NCBI GenBank assembly: GCA_035551175.1
Contig: DASZNR010000154.1
Coordinates: 17,194-81,193 of the forward strand
DNA from: Amycolatopsis sp.
GTDB lineage: Bacteria; Actinomycetota; Actinomycetes; Mycobacteriales; Pseudonocardiaceae
Direction of reading: 5' to 3'
Length of the DNA stretch: 64,000 nucleotides
Shown here: piece by piece, positions 9,486 through 18,550 of the stretch
Position numbering within the stretch: the stretch's first letter is position 1
Layout of the letters: every line of letters starts with the position of its first letter
Position numbers and translations under genes: made by a program
Notes under the pieces: generated by a model
Seen by the model: only the letters and a program-made list of their open reading frames with translations
Databases searched by the model: none
What the model was told of the DNA's origin: nothing

Positions 9486-10498
9486 GAGGCCGCTTGCTCG
9501 GCCGCTGCCAGGAACGACTTCACGAGTCCGGAGTCCGCGTAGTACTCGTCCCCCACACCTTGCACGGCCCGCCGTCGCCCGTATTCGTACAGGACAGCCA
9601 GCTTCCACAGCGCCAGCGCGGTGTACCAGCCCAGGCCGGACAGATCCCGTCCGGTCTGGTCCGCATACCGCTCGGCCAGCTCGGCCCGCGTGGGATAACC
9701 CTCCTCCAGCGCCGCGACCCCGAGGTCTTCGGTCGGCGTCCGCACCTGTCCGGCGACCGGCCAGGACGCCAGGAAGTAGCCGACGTCGAACAGCGGGTCC
9801 CCGAGCGTGGCCAGTTCCCAGTCGAGCACCGCGAGAACACGTCCTGGCGAATCCGGGGCGACGATCACGTTCCCCAGCCGGTAGTCGTTGTGCACGATGG
9901 TCGCCCCCGCCTCGGCGGGCACGTGCGCGGCGAGCCACGCGTCGATCGCGGCGAATTCCGCGGGCGGCTTGCCGTCGCCGTCGGCGATGAGACGACCCAT
10001 CCGGCGGAAGTGCCGGGCGTTGAACCCCTCCGGCCGGCCGAGATCTCCCAGCCCGCGCGCGACCCAGTCCACTGAGTGCAGGGTGGCCAGGGTGTCCGCA
10101 AGGGACTCGCCGATCCGCCGCCGGTCGGCCGGAGTGTCCAGCTCGGGAGGCGTGCGTTCGGTGATCACCGGCCCCTCGACGTAGCTCATCACGTAGAACG
10201 GCACGTCGAGCACTTCGCCCGGTTGTCCGGTGGCGAGCACCTCGGCCACCGGAACGCCGGTCCCCGCCAGCGCGCCGATCAGCTTCGCCTCCCGCAGCAT
10301 GTCGTGCGCCCCGGGCGGGGTCGGCGGCGGAGGCGGACGGCGCACGACGGCCTGCCGCTGTCCGTCGCTGACCAAGAACGTCAGGTTGGAGTGCCCGTCG
10401 CCGATCCGCCGCGTGCTGACCGGACCCGAGCAAATCCCTTTCCGGGCGAGGAAATCGGCCAGCAGGGCGCGCTGCTGCTCGCTCCAGTCCCAGCTCAT
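9482..10498 (-). CDS. phosphotransferase-family kinase (APH fold, ACAD10/11-N-terminal-like)
   Basis: ATG 10498 overlaps the upstream stop (ATGA). Motifs are GHSNLTF, HNDYRLGN (catalytic loop) and DWE. Confidence 0.85.
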   Translation of the reverse strand: MSWDWSEQQRALLADFLARKGICSGPVSTRRIGDGHSNLTFLVSDGQRQAVVRRPPPPPTPPGAHDMLREAKLIGALAGTGVPVAEVLATGQPGEVLDVPFYVMSYVEGPVITERTPPELDTPADRRRIGESLADTLATLHSVDWVARGLGDLGRPEGFNARHFRRMGRLIADGDGKPPAEFAAIDAWLAAHVPAEAGATIVHNDYRLGNVIVAPDSPGRVLAVLDWELATLGDPLFDVGYFLASWPVAGQVRTPTEDLGVAALEEGYPTRAELAERYADQTGRDLSGLGWYTALALWKLAVLYEYGRRRAVQGVGDEYYADSGLVKSFLAAAEQAAS

Positions 10499-11427
10499 CG
10501 ACCGCTCTCGATCAGGTGCTGCAGGTACTGGCCGGGCCAATGCGTCTCGAACTGCCCCGCACCTTCCTCGCCGTCGATGGTGACAGTGCAGGCGGCCTCG
10601 GTGATCACGGTGCCCATGGGGTCCTTGGTGGGCAGCTTGATCACGCCGTACGCGTCCATCACCAGCCGGGTGGTCTCGCCGGTGATGTCCACGACGTCCG
10701 CTTCAAGGTGCTTCTGCGTCATGTCGTCGTGGTACTCGGCGTGGTGCTTGATGTGCGAGACCGGCACCGTGACCCCGTCTTTGACCACGTACCCGGCGAA
10801 GCCCCATTCGCCGCGGGCGATCCAGATCCAGCCGTTGACGACCCGGCCGGATTCGGTGTAGGCGATGAACCACTTCCAGTGGTGCGGCACGCCCCAGTCG
10901 CGGGTGCCCCACGAATGGTCCCGGTGCCCCTTGCGGTCCAGGGAAATCCGCCGTCCGCCGGCCTCCAGGAACCCGGTCACGTGCCCGGTCTGCTCCAGCC
11001 GGTTGGCGGCGAACCACGACGGCAGCCCGTCGGGATTGCTCTTGTAGCTGAACGCGTCGTGCAGCGCGGTGAAGTCGAACTGCAGGTTCACTTCGTCGCT
11101 GACGTAGCTGACCTGCGCGGTGCGGCGCAGTTCCGGCTGCTTGACCGAGAGACCCTCGAACTCGAAGTTGTCCAAGTCCATCTCGTCGCCGACGGAGCCC
11201 TGCGCGAGCTTGAGCGCGACCGGTTCCTTGTCTGGGCCCCAAACCGAGACGTTGTAGCCGGTCTTGCCTCGGTTGGTCAGGTACAGGTAGACCTGCATGC
11301 CGAGGTGCTCGTCGGGCAGGATCATCTCCCAGAACAGCGAATCCCGCATCCGGCCGCCGGGCTCCGGCCAGTGCCGCAGGTCGTCGTGCGGACCGAAACC
11401 CGGGTCGATGTCGCCTAGGGTCACCAT
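10495..11427 (-). CDS. conserved hypothetical protein (possible AttH/CrtC-like beta-barrel; DHSWG motif)
   Basis: ATG 11427 gives 310 aa with strong G/C third positions and no TM segment. The motif HRDHSWGTRDWG is reminiscent of the DHxWG of AttH/CrtC-type hydratases. The family assignment is uncertain. Confidence 0.7.
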   Translation of the reverse strand: MVTLGDIDPGFGPHDDLRHWPEPGGRMRDSLFWEMILPDEHLGMQVYLYLTNRGKTGYNVSVWGPDKEPVALKLAQGSVGDEMDLDNFEFEGLSVKQPELRRTAQVSYVSDEVNLQFDFTALHDAFSYKSNPDGLPSWFAANRLEQTGHVTGFLEAGGRRISLDRKGHRDHSWGTRDWGVPHHWKWFIAYTESGRVVNGWIWIARGEWGFAGYVVKDGVTVPVSHIKHHAEYHDDMTQKHLEADVVDITGETTRLVMDAYGVIKLPTKDPMGTVITEAACTVTIDGEEGAGQFETHWPGQYLQHLIESGR

Positions 11428-11432
11428 CTTCG

Positions 11433-12248
11433 TCACCTTCCCGTGAACTGCGGCGCGCGCTTGTCCTTGAACGCCGCCAATGCCTCGGTCATGTCGTCGC
11501 AGCGGGTCAGCAGCGCCTGCCCGCGGTTCTCCAGCTCCAATGCCCCGGCGTAGCTCGCGACTTCTTGGTTGCGCTGCAGTGCCCGCTTGGACATCCGCAC
11601 GCCGCCGGGCGAGTTCCCGGCGATCTGCCGGGCTGTCTCCAGCGCCTCGTCCATCAGGTTCCCGCTCGGGACGACGCGGTTCGCCAAGCCGATCCGTGCC
11701 GCTTCCTCGGCGGCGACAACCCTTGCCGTGTAGGCGATCTCGGCCGCCCGGCCCGGACCGACGAGCCGGGTCAGCTGCCACGACGTGCCCAGCTCCCCCG
11801 CCGAAAGGCCGACCTTGACGAAGGCGGCGTTGAACTTCGCCGTCGGCGCGGCGAGCCGGATGTCCGCCGCCAGCGCGAGCGAAAGACCGCCGCCCGACGC
11901 GGCGCCGTGCACCGCCGCGATCACCGGGAACGGCAGCTCGCGGATGGCGGCCAGGCCACCGGTCGCGGTCTCCTGGAAGTGCAGGAACTCCCGCACGCCC
12001 ATCCGCGTGATCACGTCGATCTCGTCCAGGTCGAACCCCGCGCAGAACGCCCGCTCGCCGGCACCGGTCACGATCAGCGCGCGGGCCTTGCTGTCCCGCA
12101 TCGCCCTGGCCGCCGCGAGGAATTCGCCGAACATGCGCACCGTCATGGAATTCATCCGGTCCGGCCGGTTGATCCGCAGCACCAGCACGCCTTCCTCGGG
12201 CGATTCGAGCGTGAGGGTCCGCAGTTCCGGGACCTCGAAGTCGATCAT
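11433..12248 (-). CDS. enoyl-CoA hydratase/isomerase (crotonase)
   Basis: 271 aa with FCAGFDL and AAVHGAASGGGLSLALAADIR (oxyanion hole). Confidence 0.9.
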   Translation of the reverse strand: MIDFEVPELRTLTLESPEEGVLVLRINRPDRMNSMTVRMFGEFLAAARAMRDSKARALIVTGAGERAFCAGFDLDEIDVITRMGVREFLHFQETATGGLAAIRELPFPVIAAVHGAASGGGLSLALAADIRLAAPTAKFNAAFVKVGLSAGELGTSWQLTRLVGPGRAAEIAYTARVVAAEEAARIGLANRVVPSGNLMDEALETARQIAGNSPGGVRMSKRALQRNQEVASYAGALELENRGQALLTRCDDMTEALAAFKDKRAPQFTGR

Positions 12249-12259
12249 GGCGGGCTCCC

Positions 12260-13066
12260 TCAGCGTCCAGTGAACTTCGGCGCGCGCTTCTCCTTGAAGG
12301 CAGCCAGCGCTTCGGGCATGTCCTCGCTCCGGGTGAGCAGTGCCTGCCCGCGGTTCTCCAGTTCCAGCGCGGCGGCGTACGAGGTGATCTCCAGGTTCGC
12401 CTGCAGCGCCCGCTTGGACAGCTGCACGCCGCCGGGCGAGTTGGCGCGGATCAGCCGGGCCATCGCGATGGTCTCGTCCAGCAGCTTCTCTCCGGGCACC
12501 ACGCGGTTGACCAGCCCGATCCGCTCGGCCTCCTCGGCGAACACGAACCGTCCGGTGTAGGCGATTTCCGATGCGAGCGCGGGGCCGATCAGCCGCGGCA
12601 GCAGCCAGGACGAGCCGAGATCGCCCGCCGACAGTCCGATGCGGACGAAGGCGGCGTTGAACTTCGCCGACTCGGCGGCCAGGCGGATGTCCGCGGCCAG
12701 CGCGAGCGCCAGACCGCCGCCCGCGGCCGCCCCGTTGACCGCGGCGAGGACCGGGATGCGCAGCGACCGCAAGGCCGACAGCGCGCGGACCGCGTGTTCC
12801 TGCCGTTCCAGCATGCCCAGCGCGGTCAGCCCGGCCAGCTCGTCGGCGTCGTCGAGGTCGTATCCGGCGCAGAACGCCTTGCCGGCGCCGGTGACGATCA
12901 GCACCCGGGTGTCATCGTCGTCGCCGAGCGCGAAGGCCAGTTCCTCGAGCTCGGCGAACATGCGCACCGTCATCGAGTTCAGGGACTCCGGGCGGTTGAG
13001 CGTCGCCACCACGATGCCCTCTTCGGGCCGGGACAGCTCCAGCGTCTCCGGTTTCAGCTCCGCCAT
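12260..13066 (-). CDS. enoyl-CoA hydratase/isomerase (crotonase), paralog of 11433-12248
   Basis: ATG 13066 overlaps the upstream stop (ATGA). Motifs are FCAGYDL and AAVNGAAAGGGLALALAADIR. The two share the same C-terminal ...AFKEKRAPKFTGR. Confidence 0.9.
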   Translation of the reverse strand: MAELKPETLELSRPEEGIVVATLNRPESLNSMTVRMFAELEELAFALGDDDDTRVLIVTGAGKAFCAGYDLDDADELAGLTALGMLERQEHAVRALSALRSLRIPVLAAVNGAAAGGGLALALAADIRLAAESAKFNAAFVRIGLSAGDLGSSWLLPRLIGPALASEIAYTGRFVFAEEAERIGLVNRVVPGEKLLDETIAMARLIRANSPGGVQLSKRALQANLEITSYAAALELENRGQALLTRSEDMPEALAAFKEKRAPKFTGR

Positions 13067-14082
13067 CAGCGCATTCCCTCCACAATGGACTCTGTCGCGT
13101 CCTCGGCTTCTTCGGGCTTGAGCCCCCACGGCACGCTGACGAGGTTCAGATGGTCGTAGTCGCGCGCGTGCACCGCCACGCGTTCCTTGAGTTCGCCGGG
13201 ACGGCAGGCCACTCCGACGGCGTCGATCGCCTCGTCCGGCACCGCAGCGGCCATCGCCTCGGGATCCCGGTTCCGCGCCGCCTCCCGGATCCGGTCCTGA
13301 GCTTCGGTCCAGCCGTGTAGCGCGAAAAGCCGGTCGTACACGCGGGAAGCGGCGTACTGCGCGACGGCGAAGGCCAGGCGGCGGCGTGCCGCCTCTTCGT
13401 CGGAATCCACTGCGCACATGAGGATGCCCATCAGCTGCACGTCGCTCGCCGCGCGGCCGGAGTCCGTCAGCCCCTTGGCCAGGCCCGGCCGCACGACCTC
13501 CCGCACGTAGGCGGAGGTGAACATCGGATGCCCGACCAGCCCGTCCGAGACCCGGCCCGCCACGCGCAGCATCAGGGGGTTGACCCCGGCGGTCCAGATC
13601 GGCAGGTTCTCCTGGACCGGCGGCGGGGTGTCGGAGGTGGGCTTGAGCCGGACCCGGTAGAACCGACCCTCGTGCTCGACCGGCCCCTCGTGCAGGCGCC
13701 AGAGCTTGCGCAGCACGGTGACCAGCTCCTCCATCCGGGCGGCCGGGGCCTCGCCGCTGACGCCGTGCCAGTCCTCCATCATCCGCGGGGTTCCGTTGCC
13801 CAGCCCGAGGGTGAGCCTGCCGCCGGACAGCTCGTCGAGGTCGCGCGCCTCGGCGGCCCACACGAGCGGGGTGCGGCCGACCCCGTAGGCGATGTTGCTG
13901 CCCAGCCGGACCCGGCTGGTGGCGTTCGCCAGCACCGCGAGCGGCACGGTCACCGACCGGTTGTACAGCTCGTTGGCCCACACCGCGGAGAATCCGGCCT
14001 TCTCGGCCCTGGCCGCGAGGCCGGCGAGCCGCCGGTAGCGCTCGGGTCCGCTGCCCGCGCTGAACACGGTCAGTCCGTACAT
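13066..14082 (-). CDS. luciferase-like (LLM class) flavin/F420-dependent oxidoreductase
   Basis: 338 aa with an N-terminal pattern typical of LLM enzymes (AEKAGFSAVWANELY ... RLGSNIAYG ... RLTLGLGNG). Confidence 0.85.
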   Translation of the reverse strand: MYGLTVFSAGSGPERYRRLAGLAARAEKAGFSAVWANELYNRSVTVPLAVLANATSRVRLGSNIAYGVGRTPLVWAAEARDLDELSGGRLTLGLGNGTPRMMEDWHGVSGEAPAARMEELVTVLRKLWRLHEGPVEHEGRFYRVRLKPTSDTPPPVQENLPIWTAGVNPLMLRVAGRVSDGLVGHPMFTSAYVREVVRPGLAKGLTDSGRAASDVQLMGILMCAVDSDEEAARRRLAFAVAQYAASRVYDRLFALHGWTEAQDRIREAARNRDPEAMAAAVPDEAIDAVGVACRPGELKERVAVHARDYDHLNLVSVPWGLKPEEAEDATESIVEGMR

Positions 14083-14092
14083 TCCTGTCCTC

Positions 14093-15262
14093 CTAATCCG
14101 CGACCGCGATCGCGCCCGACCGCCGCCAGTCCCGCATCCGCTGCCCGCTCACGCCCCAGTCCCGCAGCGCTTGTTCCGTGTGCTCTCCCGGCGCGGGCGG
14201 CGGATGGCCGAGCGCGGCCGGGGTCCGGCTGAATTTCGGCGCCGGCGCGGGCTGCACCAGCCCGTCTTTGTCCACAAAGGACTTCCGCGCCACGTTGTGC
14301 GGATGTCGCGGTGCTTCGTCCACGTCGAGCATCGGTGCCACGCAGGGAGTTCGCCCCTCGGCGAGCCGCACCCACTCGTCCCGTGTGCGGGTGCGCACGG
14401 CGTCGGCGAACAGCTTCCGCAGCCGCGGCCAGCCGGTCTTGTCCTCGCGATCGGGCCGGTCGGCGGGCAGGCCGAGCAAGTCGGCGAGATCGTCGTAGAA
14501 CCGCTCTTCCAGCGCAGCCACGGAAAGCCAGCGCCCGTCCGCGGTCTCGTAGACGTCGTAGTACGGCGCGCCGCTGTCGACCAGGTTCGTGCCGCGCTCG
14601 GGATTCCACGCGCCGGTCTGCGCGAAGCCGAAGAACGCCGTGCCCAGCAGCGCGGCTCCCTCGACCATCGCCGCGTCGACCACCTGTCCTCGCCCGGACC
14701 GCTGCCGTTCCAGCAAGGCCGCGAGCATTCCGAGCGCCAGCAGGTATCCGCCGCCGCCGAAGTCGCCGACGAGGCTCAGCGGCGGAGTCGGCGGCTGTCC
14801 CTGGCGGCCGATCAGCGAAAGCACCCCGGACAGCGCGACGTAGTTCAGGTCGTGCCCGACCGCCTGCGCCAGCGGGCCGTCCTGGCCGAAACCGGTCATC
14901 CGCCCGTAGACGAGCGCCGGATTGCGCGCCAGGCACTCTTCGGGTCCGATGCCCAGCCGTTCGGCAACTCCGGGGCGGAACCCTTCCATCAGGGCGTCGG
15001 CCCGCTCCACGAGGTCGAGTACCACGGCAGCGCCGTCGGGGTGCTTGAGGTCGACCGCGACCGACCGGCGACCGCGATGCAGCAACTCGGTGCGAAAATC
15101 CGCGTTCGGCCCGACCAGCGCGGCACCCGCTGCGCGGTCGATCCGGAGCACGTCGGCGCCGAGATCGGCCAGCAGCATGGCGCAGAACGGTCCCGGGCCG
15201 ATCGAGCCGATCTCGATCACCCGGATGCCCGCGAGCGGTCCTGCCACGGCGTCGCTCCTCAC
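14093..15262 (-). CDS. mcr: alpha-methylacyl-CoA racemase (family III CoA-transferase fold)
   Basis: GTG 15262 overlaps the upstream stop. It shows long collinear similarity to M. tuberculosis MCR as I recall it (GIRVIEIGSIGPGPFCAMLLADLGADVLRIDR, GFRPGVAERLG, GHDLNY, LVGDFGGG, GQVVDAAMV). Confidence 0.85.
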   Translation of the reverse strand: MRSDAVAGPLAGIRVIEIGSIGPGPFCAMLLADLGADVLRIDRAAGAALVGPNADFRTELLHRGRRSVAVDLKHPDGAAVVLDLVERADALMEGFRPGVAERLGIGPEECLARNPALVYGRMTGFGQDGPLAQAVGHDLNYVALSGVLSLIGRQGQPPTPPLSLVGDFGGGGYLLALGMLAALLERQRSGRGQVVDAAMVEGAALLGTAFFGFAQTGAWNPERGTNLVDSGAPYYDVYETADGRWLSVAALEERFYDDLADLLGLPADRPDREDKTGWPRLRKLFADAVRTRTRDEWVRLAEGRTPCVAPMLDVDEAPRHPHNVARKSFVDKDGLVQPAPAPKFSRTPAALGHPPPAPGEHTEQALRDWGVSGQRMRDWRRSGAIAVAD

Positions 15263-16026
15263 GCGAAATTCGGCGGCCGCTTCGCCAGGAAGGCAGAGAG
15301 CCCTTCCTGCGCCTCACCGGACTCGAACAGCTCCTGTTCCTGCTCGACCTCGAACCGGAAACCCTGCTCCAGCGGCAGATCGAACGCGGCGTCCACGGTG
15401 CGGATCACCGCCTGCTGCGCGGGCAACGACAGCCCGGCCAGCTCTCCGGCGAGGTCGAGCGCGGCCTTCTCCGCCGTCCCGGCGGGCACCAGCCGGTCGA
15501 TCAGGCCCATCGCGTGGGCTTCCTCGGCGGGCACCTGGCGTCCGGTGAGCATGATGTCCAGCGCACGGCCCCGGCCGACCAGCCGCGGCAGCCGCTGGGT
15601 GCCGCCCGCACCGGGGATGAGGCCGAGTTTCACTTCCGGCAGCCCGAATTTCGCGGCGGCCGAGCCGACCCGCAGGGAGCAGGCCATCGCCAGTTCCAGC
15701 CCGCCGCCGAGGGCGAGGCCGTCCACCGCGGCGATCGTGATCCGGTCCGGCGAAGCCACCCGGTCGAGCAAGCCACGCAGCTTGTCGCCGTACTCGGTGA
15801 ACGACTTCGCGTCGATCGAGGACATGTGCTTGATGTCCGCGCCCGCGGCGAAGAAGCCCGGCACCTCGGACGAGATGACCACGACCTTCGCGTCCGCCGC
15901 CTCGTCGAGCGCGGCATGCAGCCCGTCGATGATGGGCAGTCCCAGCGCGTTGGCCGGCGGGCGCTTCAGCGTGCAGACCTCGACCCCCGCCCCGGCGGAG
16001 CGGCGCACGACCACGTTGTCGCTCAT
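15259..16026 (-). CDS. enoyl-CoA hydratase/isomerase (crotonase)
   Basis: ATG 16026 gives 255 aa with FFAAGADI and AAVDGLALGGGLELAMAC. Confidence 0.9.
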   Translation of the reverse strand: MSDNVVVRRSAGAGVEVCTLKRPPANALGLPIIDGLHAALDEAADAKVVVISSEVPGFFAAGADIKHMSSIDAKSFTEYGDKLRGLLDRVASPDRITIAAVDGLALGGGLELAMACSLRVGSAAAKFGLPEVKLGLIPGAGGTQRLPRLVGRGRALDIMLTGRQVPAEEAHAMGLIDRLVPAGTAEKAALDLAGELAGLSLPAQQAVIRTVDAAFDLPLEQGFRFEVEQEQELFESGEAQEGLSAFLAKRPPNFA

Positions 16027-16039
16027 GATGAACCTTTCG

Positions 16040-16864
16040 TCAGGGACGGCGCGGGAACCGGCCGAAGTCCGGCGTGCGCTTGTCCTGGTAGGCCTCGCGG
16101 CCCTCCTTGGCTTCCTCGGAGGCGTAGAAGAGCAGGTTGGCGTCGTGCGCCAGCTGCTGGATCCCGGCCAGCCCGTCCTCGGCGGCGTGGAAGCTCGCCT
16201 TGAGCATCCGCAGCGCGAACGGCGAAAGCGCGAGCATTTCCCGGCACCACCGCACGGTCTCGGCCTCCAGGTCCGCCAACGGCACGACGGTGTTGACCAA
16301 GCCCATCTCCAGTGCCTGCCGGGCGTCGTACTGGCGGCACAGAAACCAGATTTCCTTGGCCTTGCGAGCGCCCACCAGGTTCGACAGGAGTCCGGCGCCG
16401 AACCCGCCGTCGAACGAGCCCACCCGCGGCCCGGTCTGCCCGAACCGCGCGTTGTCGGCCGCGATCGCCAGGTCGCAGACCAGCTGGAGGACGTGCCCCC
16501 CGCCGATGGCGTATCCGGCGACCATCGCGACCACCGGTTTCGGCAGCCGCCGGATCTGCACATGCAGGTCGGTCACATGGAACCGGCCGGGCTTTCCCGG
16601 CTCGGACAGATACCCGGTGTCGCCGCGCACCCGCTGGTCGCCGCCGGAGCAGAACGCCAGATCTCCCTGCCCGGTAAGGACGATCACGCCGATTTCAGTG
16701 TCTTCGCGGGCCGCTTCGAGCGCGTCGGAGATTTCGACGAGCGTCTGCGGGCGGAACGCGTTGCGCACCTCCGGACGGCAGATGGTGATCTTGGCGATGC
16801 CGTCCCCGCTGTAGTCGAGGCGGATGTCGTCGTAGTCGCCGATCTTCTTCCAGTCCACGCTCAC
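16040..16864 (-). CDS. MenB/BadI-family crotonase (second paralog; candidate beta-ketoacyl-CoA ring hydrolase or DHNA-CoA-synthase-like)
   Basis: GTG 16864 overlaps the stop of the BadH-like SDR (GTGA). Motifs are [27 protein letters not shown] and [12 protein letters not shown]. Confidence 0.85.
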   Translation of the reverse strand: MSVDWKKIGDYDDIRLDYSGDGIAKITICRPEVRNAFRPQTLVEISDALEAAREDTEIGVIVLTGQGDLAFCSGGDQRVRGDTGYLSEPGKPGRFHVTDLHVQIRRLPKPVVAMVAGYAIGGGHVLQLVCDLAIAADNARFGQTGPRVGSFDGGFGAGLLSNLVGARKAKEIWFLCRQYDARQALEMGLVNTVVPLADLEAETVRWCREMLALSPFALRMLKASFHAAEDGLAGIQQLAHDANLLFYASEEAKEGREAYQDKRTPDFGRFPRRP

Positions 16865-17619
16865 GCCATGGTCAATCCGCCGCTGACGGACAGGGTCTGG
16901 CCGGTGATGTACTCGGCGGCGTCGGAGGCGAAGAACGCCACCGCGGCGGCGACGTCGCTCGGTTTGGCCAGCCGCTTCATCGGCACGCTGCGCACCATGC
17001 CGCCCAGGACCTTGTCCGCGTCCTGGCCGGAGCTGTCGGCGAACTTGCGCAACGCCGGGGTGTCGGTCGGGCCGGGGCACACCGCGTTCGCCGTGATGCC
17101 CTTGGTGGCGACTTCGCGGGCGAGGGTCTTGGTAAAGGCGATGATGCCGCCTTTCGCGCCCGAGTAGACCGCTTCGAGCGACGAACCGACGCGGCCGGCG
17201 TCCGAGCCGATGTTGACCACCCGGCCGAAGCCGCGCTCGATCATGCCCGGCACGACGGCCTGGATGACCCTCAGCGCGCCCTTGAAGTTGATGTCCAGGA
17301 TGCGGTTCCAGAAATCCTCGTCGGTGTCGACGAACTTCATGAAGTCGTCCCAGCCGGCGTTGTTCACCACCACCTCGATCGGGCCGAGTTCGTCGGTCAC
17401 GGTCTTGACCGCGGCCCGGACCGACGAGGTGTCGGTGATGTCGGTCCGCACGGCGAGGGCGGTGCCGCCGGCCTCGGTGATGGCCTTGGCGGTCGACTGC
17501 GCTGCTTCGAGGTTCAGGTCGGCGATGGCCACCTTGAAGCGCTGTTCGCCCAGGGTCAGCGCGATGCCCTGCCCGATGCCCTGCGCACCGCCGGTGACGA
17601 GCGCGACGCGGTTGCTCAT
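16861..17619 (-). CDS. SDR, 2-hydroxycyclohexanecarboxyl-CoA dehydrogenase (BadH)-like
   Basis: 252 aa with [38 protein letters not shown] and [14 protein letters not shown]. This pattern matches my memory of R. palustris BadH closely. Confidence 0.85.
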   Translation of the reverse strand: MSNRVALVTGGAQGIGQGIALTLGEQRFKVAIADLNLEAAQSTAKAITEAGGTALAVRTDITDTSSVRAAVKTVTDELGPIEVVVNNAGWDDFMKFVDTDEDFWNRILDINFKGALRVIQAVVPGMIERGFGRVVNIGSDAGRVGSSLEAVYSGAKGGIIAFTKTLAREVATKGITANAVCPGPTDTPALRKFADSSGQDADKVLGGMVRSVPMKRLAKPSDVAAAVAFFASDAAEYITGQTLSVSGGLTMA

Positions 17620-17632
17620 GAGGTGTTTCCTC

Positions 17633-18550
17633 TCAGTTCCAGTTGACGGGTCCGGCGACGATGGAATGGCTGGTCAGCTTGCGGCCCAAGGTGTCCTGCG
17701 CGGCGCGCGCGGCGTCGATCAGGCCGGGCAGCGACAGGCCGGTCTCCACGCCCATTTCGTGGAACATGCTCACCAGGTCCTCGGTGGCGATGTTGCCGGT
17801 GGAGCCGGGCGGAACCGGGCAGCCGCCCAGCTCGCCGAAGCTGGACTCGAAGCTGGCGCAGCCCGCTTCCAGCGCGGCGAAGGCGTTGGCCAGGCCCTGT
17901 CCTCGGGTGTTGTGGAAATGCGCGGTCACCTCGACGCCGGGCAGCCGCTCCAGCGCCGCGGCGAAGAACTCCGCTACATAGGCCGGATTCGCCATGCCGG
18001 TGGTATCGCCGAAGCCGATCTCGGCGGCCCCGGCCTCAGCGAACCGCTCAGCGAGCCCGAGCACCCGCTCCAGCTCCACCTTGCCCTCGTACGGGCAGCC
18101 GAACGAGGTGGCGATCACCGCGGCGCAGTCCAGGCCCTCGGTGTTGATCCGGGCGGCCATCTTGTCGTTGTCGGCCATGGTTTCCGCGACTGTGCGGTTG
18201 ACGTTCTTCTTGTTGTGCGTCTCCGAAGCGGACACGAAGATCGCCGCCTCGTGGAACTTCTCGCGCACTTTCAGCGCGTTGTCCAAGCCCCTGCTGTTCG
18301 GGATCAGCACCATCAGCTTCACGTCGTCGGGCACGTCGATGCCGTGCAGCACCTCGATCCCGTCGGACAATTGCGGGATCACGTCCGGCCGGACGAAGCT
18401 GGCCACCTCGATGCGCTTCAGCCCGGCCTGGGCCAGCGCGTTGATCAGCCGGATCTTGTCCGCCGTCGGGATGTGCTCCGGTTCGTTCTGGAAACCGTCG
18501 CGCGGGCCGACTTCGCGGACGTGCACGCGGCTCGGTCGCCGGCTGGTCAT
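17633..18550 (-). CDS. hydroxymethylglutaryl-CoA lyase-like (HMGL family)
   Basis: ATG 18550 overlaps the upstream stop (ATGA). Motifs are EVGPRDGFQNE, HFHNTRG and GGCPVPPG..GN. Confidence 0.85.
   Translation of the reverse strand: MTSRRPSRVHVREVGPRDGFQNEPEHIPTADKIRLINALAQAGLKRIEVASFVRPDVIPQLSDGIEVLHGIDVPDDVKLMVLIPNSRGLDNALKVREKFHEAAIFVSASETHNKKNVNRTVAETMADNDKMAARINTEGLDCAAVIATSFGCPYEGKVELERVLGLAERFAEAGAAEIGFGDTTGMANPAYVAEFFAAALERLPGVEVTAHFHNTRGQGLANAFAALEAGCASFESSFGELGGCPVPPGSTGNIATEDLVSMFHEMGVETGLSLPGLIDAARAAQDTLGRKLTSHSIVAGPVNWN

Noticed and set aside
7944-10433. Over-extended track ORFs that appear to fuse neighbouring genes. Examples are 7944-10433, 12260-13981, 15259-16563, 17633-19726, 18547-20502, 19767-21344, 28886-32077, 35925-37604, 44097-45782, 46247-48913 and 49182-52700.
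   Set aside because: The N-terminal parts are out-of-frame read-through of the upstream gene. Real starts were placed at ATG/GTG codons that overlap the upstream stop (ATGA/GTGA) or follow a Shine-Dalgarno-like sequence, and where the recognisable domain begins.
9482-10498. Calling the two APH-fold proteins aminoglycoside-resistance kinases.
   Set aside because: Their context (acyl-CoA dehydrogenases and hydratases) and their motifs fit the ACAD10/11-N-like metabolic kinase clade. No resistance-island features are present.
5036-17619. Interpreting the two MenB-family genes as menaquinone biosynthesis (menB).
   Set aside because: No other men genes (menA, C, D, E, F, H) are in the window. 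Both copies are embedded in and translationally coupled to acyl-CoA catabolic genes, one of them directly to a BadH-like dehydrogenase. Only phylogeny can settle this.
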